A stretch of DNA of 64,000 nt from Tubulanus polymorphus (taxonomy: Eukaryota > Animalia > Nemertea), in contig NC_134025.1 of NCBI RefSeq assembly GCF_964204645.1, forward strand, positions 26,578,299 through 26,642,298, read 5' to 3'. Below, in pieces: positions 1 to 19,254 of the stretch. Under the pieces are notes generated by a model. It was not told the DNA's origin, made no database searches, and was given only the letters and a program-made list of their open reading frames with translations. Numbering within the stretch: the stretch's first letter is position 1; every line of letters starts with the position of its first letter. The position numbers and the translations under genes are program-made.

Positions 1-3143
<3,143 letters not shown>

Positions 3144-3914
3144 TTTATTCTAGCGTTGCATTTTTGCTTCTAACAGGGTTGCTTGCTTTTTCGTATATAT
3201 GGTCTATACTGACAATCATCGTTTGGTTCGAAAAAGTGACAAAAATTAACCTGTTTCTTTCCAATTAATCGTAAAAAATAGAAGAAAGGTTTTATAATTG
3301 TGTAGTTTTGTACAGGCTGTCACCCGACCGACCTACATTGATAGTTTGCCAACTGGACCGGTTGTTTAAGCACGACATGTTAATTTCACAAAGAAGGCTT
3401 CTGTAGCTTTTCTAATTGAAATATATGCCTATGTACGCGTACCGGTATTCACAATTCATGATTCAGTTCTTCAAATCAGCGGGACAAACCGTCATCAGAA
3501 TAATATTTCAAAATATCCATTTTAGCAACGGTGCCTTCTAAGAAACATTCGTGATCACTAGTGTCTTTCTATCAATGGTAGGCCTAGTTTTTGCGCTTGG
3601 GCTGAACGAAAGGCCAAGAGAAAGACTCTTGGAACAATTAGGGAAAGGTTTGTCGAAATTGAGCGACAAAAATAGAATTTATTTTGAACTGATTCTCACT
3701 ACAAATGCCACAAATAGCTTAAAAGTAATATTCATTTGCACATGGAATGAAATCAGCGTACTTTATGCAAAAAGTCTTATGGTCGTCAAAATTGACGCAC
3801 TCGACGGGGGCACTTGAAAATCGTATTGGGCGGACTTTTTCGTTACCGCTGAAAAGTAGAGCTTCTAATAGCAATTTTCACTACTTTTATTTTTCTCCGT
3901 GACTTAGATCCAAT

Positions 3915-4030
3915 CTCTTCCTCCCTCCCATCCCTCCTTTGCTCTCCCTCTCGCTCTCCCCCTCTCTCTCTCCCTCTATCTCTCTCCCCGTTTCTCTCTC
4001 TCTATATATATATTCTATTATATATCTATC
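3915..4030. repeat. CT-rich/(CT)n-(TA)n simple repeat
   Basis: Pyrimidine-rich ctctct tract followed by short TA runs. Confidence 0.8.
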
Positions 4031-4630
4031 TGAAATTCTTAAATATTCTAATTAATTAAATATAATTATAGCAAAAATCTGAAAATAGCGCTATTTTTCA
4101 GCTCCACCAAAATATACGTCCCATAACTTGACTTAAATGAATGCTGGACGTGGTCAAATAATTTGGTTAAGGTCATTCTGGTCCATGATTTTGCAGATAA
4201 CGTTACCGGTAGCGTAGTTTTTCCTATTAATTTATCAGATTGAGGGAACGGTTTATATTATTGCCGGTTCGTTTCTCTGATAAGAAAAATAACGAAGCGT
4301 TGTATACAATAGGCATTGGGCAACTTCACCCGTCAGGGGATTCGAACTCACTATAAGCTAAAGCCGTTCCGGTGAAAGCAAGTTCGGAGAGCGATACCGG
4401 ACCCCTGGCAAGCGAGGATGAGCATTTGGATTCGAACCCCGGATTCGAACACATTTTTTTCGTACGCGTACAACAGCAAAGCCAAATTTAAATGAAACCA
4501 GCCTAAATGTTTTAGATATAACAATATCGAATCGAAATACTCAGTAAAAGAACTAAAGCTACAATTTCTTATTCCAGCAGAACACAGCAGAAATTTAATT
4601 ATCTATGCGCCGAGTTACCCAGGAATTTAA

Positions 4631-4652
4631 TGACGTCATCATACATTTGCAT
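4631..4652 (+). promoter_or_regulatory. CRE (TGACGTCA) and octamer (ATTTGCAT) motifs just upstream of the PP1 start codon
   Basis: TGACGTCA at 4631-4638, ATTTGCAT at 4645-4652, ATG at 4659. Motif match only. Confidence 0.4.
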
Positions 4653-4658
4653 TAAATC

Positions 4659-8877
<4,219 letters not shown>

Positions 8878-10117
8878 TCAAAATTGTCAACATGTAGATA
8901 CAATGTTTTAAAAGAAAACAATTCTGAGTTACCCTCACTTGAGGCTACTTAATCGGCTATAATGCTTTTCCATAGACAGTATGAAATAACATGTATCTAA
9001 CTGTGACCAACAATGATAAATCAAAGCTTTATATTTAATAATTTATTGACTATTTCAGTTGAGATTTACTTTTTCAATCTCCACTGCTAACCATCTGTGG
9101 AGATATAGTATCGATAGTTACTAATGGAAATCTATCAAACCAACGTCTGAAAAGTAAAACTATGAAAGATTCATTGTATAACACTCGAAAAATATTTCAT
9201 TGTTGATGTTTGTTAGAAATATTTATGTTTTGTTGGATATTGTTGTAACGTGTGAACTGCCTTCATAAAGAAAAAACTATTTTCACTGTCTTCCTTCCTT
9301 CGCCATTTGGCCACTAAACGTCATAACATCAAAATTTGTCTGCTAAGTGACAAATTAGATCAATATGTGCATATTGATTGATTTAATGATGAAATCTCAT
9401 TAATGCTGACAATACCAAAAAATGTCATTGGGTTTTTATTTTTTTGTTACCAGTAATGTACTCACAAGTCACAGTGGATACAAATAATTCTCTTGTATAC
9501 TAAACTTATACGGAGCAATCAGTCAAAAGTTGAATTTGATTTAAGATATTTACTGCTGCTGAGCTTTTTTATTTTTATATGCTATTAATTGGAAGAACAT
9601 GGTAATTAAAATGAAATTTTCTACTCCTTATAGTCCTAATTCAAAATGCTAACGTAGCTCGTGGTGTCACTAGGTTTTTCGAGATTTCTGCTCCAATTCA
9701 TCTAGCGCAAACTAACTATGGCTCACTATTGAAATAGTCTGGACTCGAGGTATTTTTCGAGCAGCTCTTTATGGTGACTGTTGAACAATTCATGTACCTG
9801 TTAATTACACATATTATTAATGACAGGCTATATTTACATATCATTGGCATGCTGCTCAATCAATGCTGGTTATGTGACATCAATGATAAAAATTGGTTTT
9901 CTTTTAATCGAAATTTGTGATTTTTCGAACAAGTGTTTGTTGCATTATGCCATGTCTAAATGCAACGTGAATATCAGGCTGTTCTGGAATACTCTTCTGG
10001 TGCATTTGTTTGGACCAGAATCTGTATACCAGCTGGAAGGCTGATAGAGTTTTTAATGCGGTATTGGTATCCCTAAACCATAATACGTTCAATCGAAACC
10101 TTCCTTATATTTCATTG

Positions 10118-10273
10118 ATGAATTTTGTGATATGATTTAAGATTTATTTTCCTTATATATTTGGCACAATTCACATTAAGTTGCCTTCGGAATTAATGAA
10201 TTTTGTGATATGATTTAAGATTTATTTTCCTTATATATTTGGCACAATTCACATTAAGTTGCCTTCGGAATTA
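10118..10273. repeat. Exact tandem duplication of a 78-bp unit
   Basis: ATGAATTTTGTGATATGATTTAAG...GCCTTCGGAATTA present twice, head to tail. Confidence 0.95.
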
Positions 10274-10928
10274 ATGAGAAAAAGTTACATTCATTGGTAT
10301 ATATTGGTATAAAAGCAGATGCTGTAGTCAATTTTTACATATTTTGAGATAACTTAGACCTTGTCAAGTATTGTCAGATGAATCTGGTTAAGTATTGCAT
10401 GTGGTGTCTGTGTCTAATGATCATTGGTCTGTTCATTTTTAAGTAATACTGGCGTTAGTTTGGTTGAGTTGGTCTTGAAGTTTAGAGGTGTAATTACAGT
10501 GTATCAAGTGGTACAAGTCGAAGAGTTCAGTAGCGTGTATTTTTTTCTTTAACTGATTGAGCTCATGTTTCTCAACATTGAACCAATAATGAGTATTATA
10601 TATATGTTGATAAGGTTTGCTTTCTGTTTTCATTCATAAACACTTAACGTGTATATATTATATTCGAAACTCAATGCCGTGGAATGTTTGCATATTATTT
10701 TATTATCTACTATAAATAAGTTCACGTTTTTTAATAAAATATCATGTAAAAAAGTCTATTTCTATCAGTTTTCATTCATTTTATAATGGAATTTATTGCA
10801 ACGACACTCACCATGTTCTGAAATGATATATTTTGTGAACTAGATTTTGAAGACCAAAGTTAAATACTTGAGAGTTATTCTGCACTCCTTGCAGTATAGT
10901 TTCCTATATTCCAATATTACACTGAACG

Positions 10929-11684
10929 TTATTCCTGGCAGAACTTCACAAATATGAGAAGTGTCATTAGGATGAAAGAGTAAGTAATGTCGGTTTGATA
11001 AGCTGTAGCTCTATTACACATGTCTCTCCAACAACACCTCGGTTTTACTACGTGTATTCCGTTCAGTGTCCATGACTGAGGACAACTATCAACGCACCAG
11101 TAATATGCATATATCCCATACCTGGCTTCCTGAAAAAGTGGAATTCAACCGTTATCGTTTGCGGCATCAACTGTGTATTAAACAATCCAGAATGAGTCCC
11201 GCAACACCGCAATTGCGGTCGTTAATATGTAACTGGGTCTAGAATCTGGAAATGGTAAATCTTTCCTGAAAAGAAACATTAGTAAAATTCTCCCGACATA
11301 CCGAGCATGGACGAGTTGTAAGCCTAGTACGAGTAACCAAGATTGATTCAGAAAAGGTTACCGATCATTAATTGTTACATTTATCGTTACCAATTACTTA
11401 TTATCACTATTAAGTGATCATATAATATTACTTGCCGCGCAAATGTAACCTCGACACTCGACGTGAGTAGAACAGCCTGCGCTTCCACATGTTCCCATTT
11501 TACATTTTAACAGATGCCTCCGACTTCTTAATTTGTTGCCATTTGCTATCGATAGAAATAATTAAAGCGTTAATTTCTACCCGTTTCTTTAAAAGAATTG
11601 ACTGACTCAGTAATTACCGGGAGATATATCCATGAGATGCACGAGTACCATTAACAGGATGATCAGTTTCAGAGACATTATCAT
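10929..11684 (-). CDS. Ly6/uPAR (three-finger) protein, 125 aa, probable GPI anchor
   Basis: Exons 11618-11684, 11436-11545 (GC donor GCAAGT), 10929-11129 give MIMSLKLIILLMVLVHLMDISPANGNKLRSRRHLLKCKMGTCGSAGCSTHVECRGYICAEARYGIYAYYWCVDSCPQSWTLNGIHVVKPRCCWRDMCNRATAYQTDITYSFILMTLLIFVKFCQE: signal peptide, 10-Cys domain ending CCxxxxCN, hydrophobic tail. Absent from the ORF track. Confidence 0.85.
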
Positions 11685-12818
11685 ACTGTAATATTTAGTT
11701 CGTTGTTGCAGACATTTTATACCATGGTACTTTACCACTAATTGTGTTCATATATCATATGTTCACACACAAATTGAATTGGTCTTAATGCATTTAGATA
11801 CTACGCTCTGTATTCATGTTATTTCCCTCTTGATTATTGTAAAATATCTGTGGAATTACAGAACTCTCAAATGATTGCAGACATGACATTCATTCGATAG
11901 TGCAATGTGCCTATCCAATTAATCTTTTATCATTTAATTTGTTAATTTCAAATCCATTGAACATAGATGTCGTTACTGATGTCGTTTTTTGTTGTTGGAA
12001 TGACGCTCGATCATTCCTGATGAGATCCTCAAAATTGAATAAGAGTAAGACCATATAATATCGCATGAAATTTGTTTTTAATTGTAAAAAGTGCATAAAA
12101 CAGAGAAAATACTTTCATAATTTTGACGCTGATTCAGAATGTAATGAATGCCATCAATCAAAATAGAAACAATTATCTTGTATTATTCGATTATGAATAC
12201 ATTTCAAGATTTTGCAAATAAGCTCTGTATTTTCTGTTTTGAAATAATAATTGGATCAATTGATATAGATTCGTCCATGTATTTGTTTATACATCTACGT
12301 GGGGACAAACTACTACACACGCAAAAAACAAACAAAAATAAATACTAGAAATATCATAAAAGTTACTATCTTTGAATGAAGCGCTAAAATAAGTTTTTAC
12401 TGATAAAAAAACTATTTACTTCGGGCTAGACATGGGTTAAATCGACGCTTACGTGGTTATAAACTATATGTGTTACAAATTATGTTCATGAGACGCATAA
12501 GATAGGATGGCATGGTTCCGATTGATCTGCCGATTCTGGAATACTCTTCTTGGCTTTCATTTCGACAAGAATTATACATTACACGGAATAGCATAAAATA
12601 GCATTGATCCGTAAAGTGATGCTCAATCCAATCCGCCTGCTTCCACGTCTAGGAACGTTTCGTTTGGCAACCAGATAAAACAGGGCGGTAGAGTTTGTAA
12701 ATCCTGGATTGTTTTTCCTAAATGTTCAATCGAAACCTGCATTACAGGTTATGTGCTTTAAATTATCATCGCTGAGTTAGCATAGCTTTGACATCAGTGT
12801 ATCTGATGATGATATTTT

Positions 12819-14727
12819 CTAGAATCTCGGTGGACCGACATAGTTCGGAGGGTAAACGTATTCAGGTGGTGGGTATACTGAGTTCGGATGGTCGATGTAA
12901 TCGGGCGGTGGATATTCTGCTCTGAATCCAGGAGGAGCTGGACGATCACTGATACTATGGCTCACGGCTGAAATTAAAATCACCATTTGAGTGGAAAATA
13001 ACAAAATTAAAATATATAGTGTGCGGGTTACATCGCCAAACCGTGCATAAATCAAATATCTGGTCAATGGAGAGATACTCTGTCTTTTACTACACCTGTA
13101 GGATACATTACCCACTCCAGATTCATATTATTCTTTTCTTTTCATTTGTTCAAATCGATTTAGTTTATCCATTACAAATTTAAATGAAGGAAATGCATGA
13201 TATACTAACAATTGTTTTGAGCTGGTACCGGCCCCGATGCCTGTGGTAATGATGTCTCCGAAACTGGTGATGTCTTCCGGAGTTTTCTTGAGCATTTGGG
13301 TATCAGATAAAACAATATAATACCCACTATGATGAGACATGCAATACTAACACCCACTGCAATTGCAGTTACTGGCCTGCCAAAATTAGAAAAAAAATAT
13401 CAAATTATATTCAAGTAACATAGAATGTAATTTCTTTTGTTCGTAAATAACCTTACGTCTGGTCCGGACAGCAGTATTCAGCATTTGATGATCCACAGCA
13501 ATAGGTAAATTCACTTGGTTCGAAATGCAATGGACATTGAAACGATCCAAGATAGGAACCATTTTCATTTTTCTCAAAATTCTTGCAAACAGAAAACCTG
13601 CTTCCTGCGATAAAGTTTAATATGGGTCTGTAGGTTTCGATATCAAATTGTTTTTAATAGTATTTATTTGAGCTGTTCGGTACACGTGTACATACCTGCG
13701 GTGGGTCTATTGAAATAAACATGTCTTGGTCGAGAAGAGTAGTAAAAGTATAAGCTGTAGTATTTCGAAGGACTTTCGCTGTACGCAAGTGAATATCTTG
13801 AACTACGGAAAACAAATATCCTAGAAATGAATTTTGTAACTCAAATCTAATAAAATGATTTAGCTAAAGCTTACCTCTGATAGGTAGAAGAACTTCGGTA
13901 ACTACTGCCGCGGTATGAGGAGTAGCTGCTACCGTAGCTACTGTAACCACTTCGACTTCCACCACCTCGACCTCCTCTAGCTCCTCTAGCTATAGAAACA
14001 CCTGTATAACACAGAAGGGATGGCCGCAATGATTAACTTGTCCAGTGATTTGGGGATAGAACCTTTCGACAACCGAAAAGTCAAATCAGTTGTATATACC
14101 AGCCAATTTACTGTTTGGCTGTGTCAACTGCAGTATAGGCCTATCCGCATTTCATAACAACCATGTTATTTGAATGTTTATAAAGATAATCTATCAATTC
14201 TTTTTAATTTCTTCAGTTGCAATTTCTTTCTCAATTTTTTGCCATTATGTATTGGCCCTTTCAAAACTGCCGATTATAATTACCGATTTCCTCGGCTATT
14301 CAAAATGCACATATAATTCGGAGGCGTCATAAAGCCATGAGATTGCTAAAGATATTCTGACATGATATCCCGAAATCGAATTTGTAATTCAATCGATATT
14401 TCGCTTTACTGCGCATATAATGAGATAACAACTCCACATAAAATCAAAAATTTATCTTTCTTGATGATGCCCCCGGGACGTTCCGTTCAGGACAGTAGTC
14501 AGAATGTCCACAGTAATTACACCTGACATAATATCAGAAAAATAATTTCGATTTCTGCAATTTTTCTTGGGAAGATTGTAGGAACCCCGAGTCAGCTGAA
14601 ATTGATGTATGGATGAAACAAATCTATAATCTACTACGTATATACTGAATGATGAGAAAAAAATCAACTCACATAGAATTAAACACAGCAATATTAGAAA
14701 TAAACCTCGTTCTATACCGGCATCCAT
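12819..14727 (-). CDS. Shisa-like single-pass membrane protein with RGG/SY-rich N-terminus and PPxY tail (intact copy A)
   Basis: Exons 14673-14727 (signal peptide), 13875-14001, 13696-13820, 13457-13604 (CKNFEKNENGSYLGSFQCPLHFEPSEFTYCCGSSNAEYCC), 13210-13376 (TM: AIAVGVSIACLIIVGIILFYLI), 12819-12967 (PPDY, PPEY, PPNY). Phases 1,2,1,2,1 are consistent. Confidence 0.88.
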
Positions 14728-15249
14728 CGTTTTACTTGTTTGCTGTACCTCCGTGGAGGTGAAACGATCTTGTGATCGTTATGTTTTCCAAATGCGAAGT
14801 TAATTTAAAGCGATTATATCTTCACTCGCCTGACACGAAACTCCGTCAAAATAGCGTCGATCTATAGATATAGATATTTTGAATACCTTCTTGGAAAAAA
14901 ACTGGGAATTCCGACAATAATAAATAACGTATGAATAGGTAACTGGTTCCAATCTCTATTCAGTCAGATTACCCAAACACGGAATGGTGAATTTTCGCTA
15001 AATGACTCCGAGCATGAACAGTTAAGGAAATATCTACGGTTTTGTTTCATTACCCTGATATTTAGGGGTGAGTTCAAAACATGGCCTGGCCTGGCCATTT
15101 TGATTTGACCTGGCCCTTATATTTGTTTGTTTTGGCTCCAGATCATGCCGTGAGATATTTGGGGCTTCTTTTGAGGATAAACTGATACAGGGACTCATTT
15201 CTTTATTTACGGACTGTAAATATTTTGTGTACGGACCTGTACCATGGTG

Positions 15250-17930
15250 ATTAACCACTAAATTCTATTTGTGTTGATTTTCGTTGAAATGACGCACCAT
15301 CATTGATGGATATGACTCCTCGAAAGTGGATGAGAAAGACTTTAAGACATCGTATGAAATCTTCAATAATGTAAACGCTATTTCGTAAATGGATTATAAC
15401 ATTTAGATGTTTATTGTATCGTAAAAATGAAATCATACTTATTATACTTATCATTATCTATTATCCTTATTAAGTATCATAGGTATACATGAAATATGTT
15501 ACATTACATGGTATTATATTATATTATCGTTATCATATGGTAATACGAATTCTATGCCCATGGCAGATTTCGATTGGTTTGAACCGACTTTGGAATACTC
15601 TTTTGGTGCGATCATTTCGACAAGCACTACATATTCGCATAATCCGCTGATGCTCTACTATCATGTTTTGGGTAGGCGATGGACTCTGTCTAAAACGTCG
15701 TTTTAAAATCCACAGGTAGGTTATAATTTGAAACCTAATACGAGGCCAGTTGAGAGTTTGTAGTAATCTGTAATGCTATTCCTAGACAGCAAACGCTCAA
15801 TCGAAATCTGCCTGACAAAAAGATACCTTGTTTCTCATGGACGGCCGGGTCATTGAAATCAGTGAACAAAGCGGTCAACTCAATAAGCAAAAAAGAAAAA
15901 AGTTATGTTCCATGTTCTTTTCCTTATTTGTAAGAAATAAATATCAGCCTGCCGGATTTTGGTTGATGTCGTTTCTTTTTTATATCGGATATTTTGTTAC
16001 GATTTATAAACTGTATCTGATTCTGTGAATTGGTCTGACTGTTAGTTCTGACAACGCCTTCGCCGTGGTACCGGCCGGGTCAATATTATACTGGGTTTTT
16101 TAATGAAAAATAATTATCTTTAAAAATCGGGTGGATTGGTCGATTTGGACTTCAGCATCTTGAGAAACAAGCTATCCTTTTTAGCTTACAAATTATGATG
16201 CAATTGTACTGCCTTTCTAATGTCATCATGGATATATAATTAGCACAGCGGCCCTCGTCGAATATAGGTTTGGAACGATGTATCTGGTCATATACTCTAG
16301 AATTTTTGTATCTCCGTTGAAGCGCTTGATGGACCAATATAGTTCTGAAGTTAAACGTATTCAGATGGTAGATATGCTGAGTTCAGATGGTTGACGTAAT
16401 CAGGTGGATTATTCTAAACTGAATCCAGGAGAAGCTTGGCGCTAGTCCTCACCGTCGGCGTCGCTCTCGGCTGAAATAGTAATCACCATTTGACTCGAAA
16501 TTGACAAAATGAAAATAAAGAGGTCTTACCATAGTGCGGGCAACATCGCTTTTGGTGTTTGGGACATAATTATGCCTAAAGTATGGTGGCTGATAAGGGC
16601 CATAGCGTAAAATTCCTGGTATGTAAATGAGGGCGCCAGAACGCCAGAACGCCAAAACGAAAAAAAACGTCCAATTTTCTCTAAAAGTTCGTTTTGGCGC
16701 GCCAAAACGGAGAATATTCCGTTTTGGCGCCCCCGCCAAAACGATCTTTCATTTTGGCGCCCCCGCCAAAACGAACTTTCGTTTTGGCGCCCCCGCCAAA
16801 ACAACGAAAAACGTCGAAATTTCTCTAAAAGTTCGTTTTGGCGCACCAAAACGGAGAATATTCCGTTTTGGCGCCCCCGCCAAAACGAACTTTCATTTTG
16901 GCGCCCCCGCCAAAACGAACTTTCATTTTGGCGCCCCCGCCAAAACGAACTTTCGTTTTGGCGCCCCCGCCAAAACAACGAAAAACGTCCAATTTTCTCT
17001 AAAAGTTCGTTTTGGCGCGCCAAAACAAAGAAAATTCCGTTTTGGCGCCCCCGAAAAACTTCTGTCACTAAAACAGAAGAAGGATGGTTGCAATGATTAA
17101 CGTAACCAGTGATTTGGGGATAGAACCTTTCGACAACCGAAAAGTCAAATTAATTGCATATATCAGCCAATTTACCAGACTGTTGGACTGTGAACTGCAG
17201 AATAGGACTATCCATATTTTAGAACCATGTTATTTGAATGTTTATATCAAGATAATTTTTTCAATTTCAATTTTTTTCTCAACTTTTCTTTTGCCGGTCT
17301 TCGCCTTCCTAAACTGCCAATTTAAGGACCGATTTTCCTCGGCATTTCAAATTGCGCATATAAATACGGAAGCGCCCAGAAGACTTGAGATTTTTGGAAG
17401 ATATTCTGACATGATATCTCGAAATCGAATTATCAATTTAATCGATATTTCGCTTTACCACGCATATCATGTTGAGATGATAACGCCACAAAATCAAATA
17501 TTCATCTTTCTTAATTATGCCTACGGGACGTTCCGTACAGGACAGAAGTCGGAATTTCCAGAGGAATTATTTCTGACATAATATCAGAAAAATAATTTCG
17601 ATTTCTGGTATTTTTCTTGGAAGATTGTAGGAACCCAGAGTCAACTGAAATTGATGTTTTGATGAAACAAATCTATAATCTATTACGTATATACTGAATG
17701 ATAAGAAAAGGATCAACTCACATAGAATTAAACACAGCAATATTAGAAATAAACCTCGTTTTATACCGGCATCCATCATTTACTTGTTTGCTGTATAAGG
17801 TCCGTGGAGGTGAAACGATCGTTTAATCGGTATATTTTTCAAACGTGCAGTTTTTCAAAGGATTATATCTTCACTCGCCTGACACGAAACTCCGTCAAAA
17901 CGTCGATTTATAAATATGGATATTTTGAAT
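15250..17930 (-). pseudogene. Decayed paralogous copy B of the Shisa-like gene
   Basis: Exon 1 (MDAGIKRGLFLILLCLILC, ATG near 17776) and intron 1 align to copy A. Exons 2-5 are absent, with a tandem-repeat element in their place; the last exon (about 16320-16470) is degenerate. Confidence 0.8.
16597..17060. repeat. Minisatellite of palindromic about 30-bp units GTTTTGGCGCCCCCGCCAAAAC with higher-order periodicity, probably the interior of a truncated DNA element
   Basis: Roughly a dozen units each containing an inverted TTTTGGCG/CGCCAAAA pair; a longer AAAAACGTC..TTTCTCTAAAAGTTC block recurs three times. Confidence 0.9.
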
Positions 17931-18069
17931 ACCCGTATAACGATGCGGGCATTGTCGCATTTTGTAATAATACATAAAAAAATGAAATAAAATAGATCTA
18001 TCATCCTGGAATGAATTCACTAATCAAACATTTTCAATCTGAGTTTTCATAAGTTTTGTCAATTCACTT

Positions 18070-18620
18070 CAAAATACGTGGTAAACTTCAAATTGCGTGG
18101 TAAAACTGCCATGAGCGCACGTGCTATCAGAATCCTATAGCAATAATAACAAGTATTATGAAAATAATCCACGTCAAAATTTCAGGTCAAATTCACATTT
18201 GGAAAACCAAAACAGGCCTGGGTTCAAGGGATAGACTGTAAGTCTAACAGAGGGAACAACCCCAAAACTTGTGTAGAAAGAACTGCAGAAGTCTGATTGA
18301 TGTAATTCCGAATACCAATTCTAAAATATATAATAATGTTTGTCAAAAACTGTTTCCTTTGCAAGCGAAGTTCACCCATAAGTTTGAGCAAAACAACATC
18401 GAATTCAAACAATCGTGTATTCATCCATGTAAGTAAGCTACCACCATGTATAATGACATTGTCAGCGATGACGATAAACGTAAAAATCAAAGACAATTAG
18501 TTGAATGCCTAGTTGATACGGGTGCTAATTTATGATTTTGAGATTGAAAGTGCACAGTGCACAGTAGTTAAAATGAAAAGCCCGCATTTAAAAAGGGAAC
18601 TTCAGTACAGGGAAGTAATT
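18070..18620 (+). mobile_element. Highly decayed LTR-retrotransposon (gag-protease) remnant
   Basis: Retropepsin-like QLVECLVDTGANL near 18495-18535 and a degenerate zinc-knuckle-like NCHERTCYQNP near 18105-18135; broken by stops. Confidence 0.4.
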
Positions 18621-18638
18621 TCAAATTTCAAATTATTA

Positions 18639-19100
18639 AGCCTAGCGCACATCGACACTGCGATTGGAGACAACTAGTTGCCAGGCAGTTTTCGGCGCAT
18701 GAGAGCAACTGGCTGGATACAATCAGTTGCTCGAATTTGTCGATGTGAGCGAGCTTACGACTGGTTAGCGTCCATCTATCTCCAGTTCCACCCAGTTGCT
18801 CATGTTCTACTTTTGAGCAACTTGTACTCAGTTGCTCTCATATCCGTCGATGTGAGCGCTCCATAATCAACAACACATGGTTGTAACTGACTAAAACAAA
18901 GCTATTTGTCACGTGACTTGTGATTCCCTCAAGAATATTTGCTAGACCACATCTCAGTTGCTGTCGATGTGTGCGCTATGGACCTAGCGACCGGCATGAG
19001 CCACGTAGTTGCTGGTTTTTACGAAATTTTCGATGTGCGCGGGGTACTCGCTCACTAGCAACTAGTTGTCTCCAGTCGCTTTGTCGATGTGCGCTAGGCT
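18639..19100. mobile_element. PIF/Harbinger-type MITE, 462 bp
   Basis: Perfect 18-bp TIRs AGCCTAGCGCACATCGAC / GTCGATGTGCGCTAGGCT, TTA on both flanks, internal GTCGATGTGNGCG repeats. Confidence 0.9.
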
Positions 19101-19254
19101 TTAGGAGTGGCCTCGATCAGTTGGCCGACATGACGATATGACGATACAACCAAACCATGATTTTCACTCTTATTCGTGATGTTATTTTGTATTTGGGAAG
19201 CGATCATTAGTAGCACCACTTATTGGTCAATTGGTATTTTGAATTATTTTATTT

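Noticed and set aside
4330-4452. tRNA gene suggested by GGATTCGAAC motifs
   Set aside because: Repeated B-box-like motifs without a cloverleaf; probably a SINE or other repeat remnant.
11150-11240. Possible selenocysteine read-through (HS-TGA-CRKR) on minus strand
   Set aside because: Lies in intron 2 of the Ly6 gene, which is complete without it; no SECIS identified.
16630-17060. CRISPR-like array of palindromic repeats, and the overlapping repetitive ORFs
   Set aside because: Spacers are mostly about 8 bp and recur, there are no cas genes, and the context is eukaryotic; the ORFs are by-products of the repeat.
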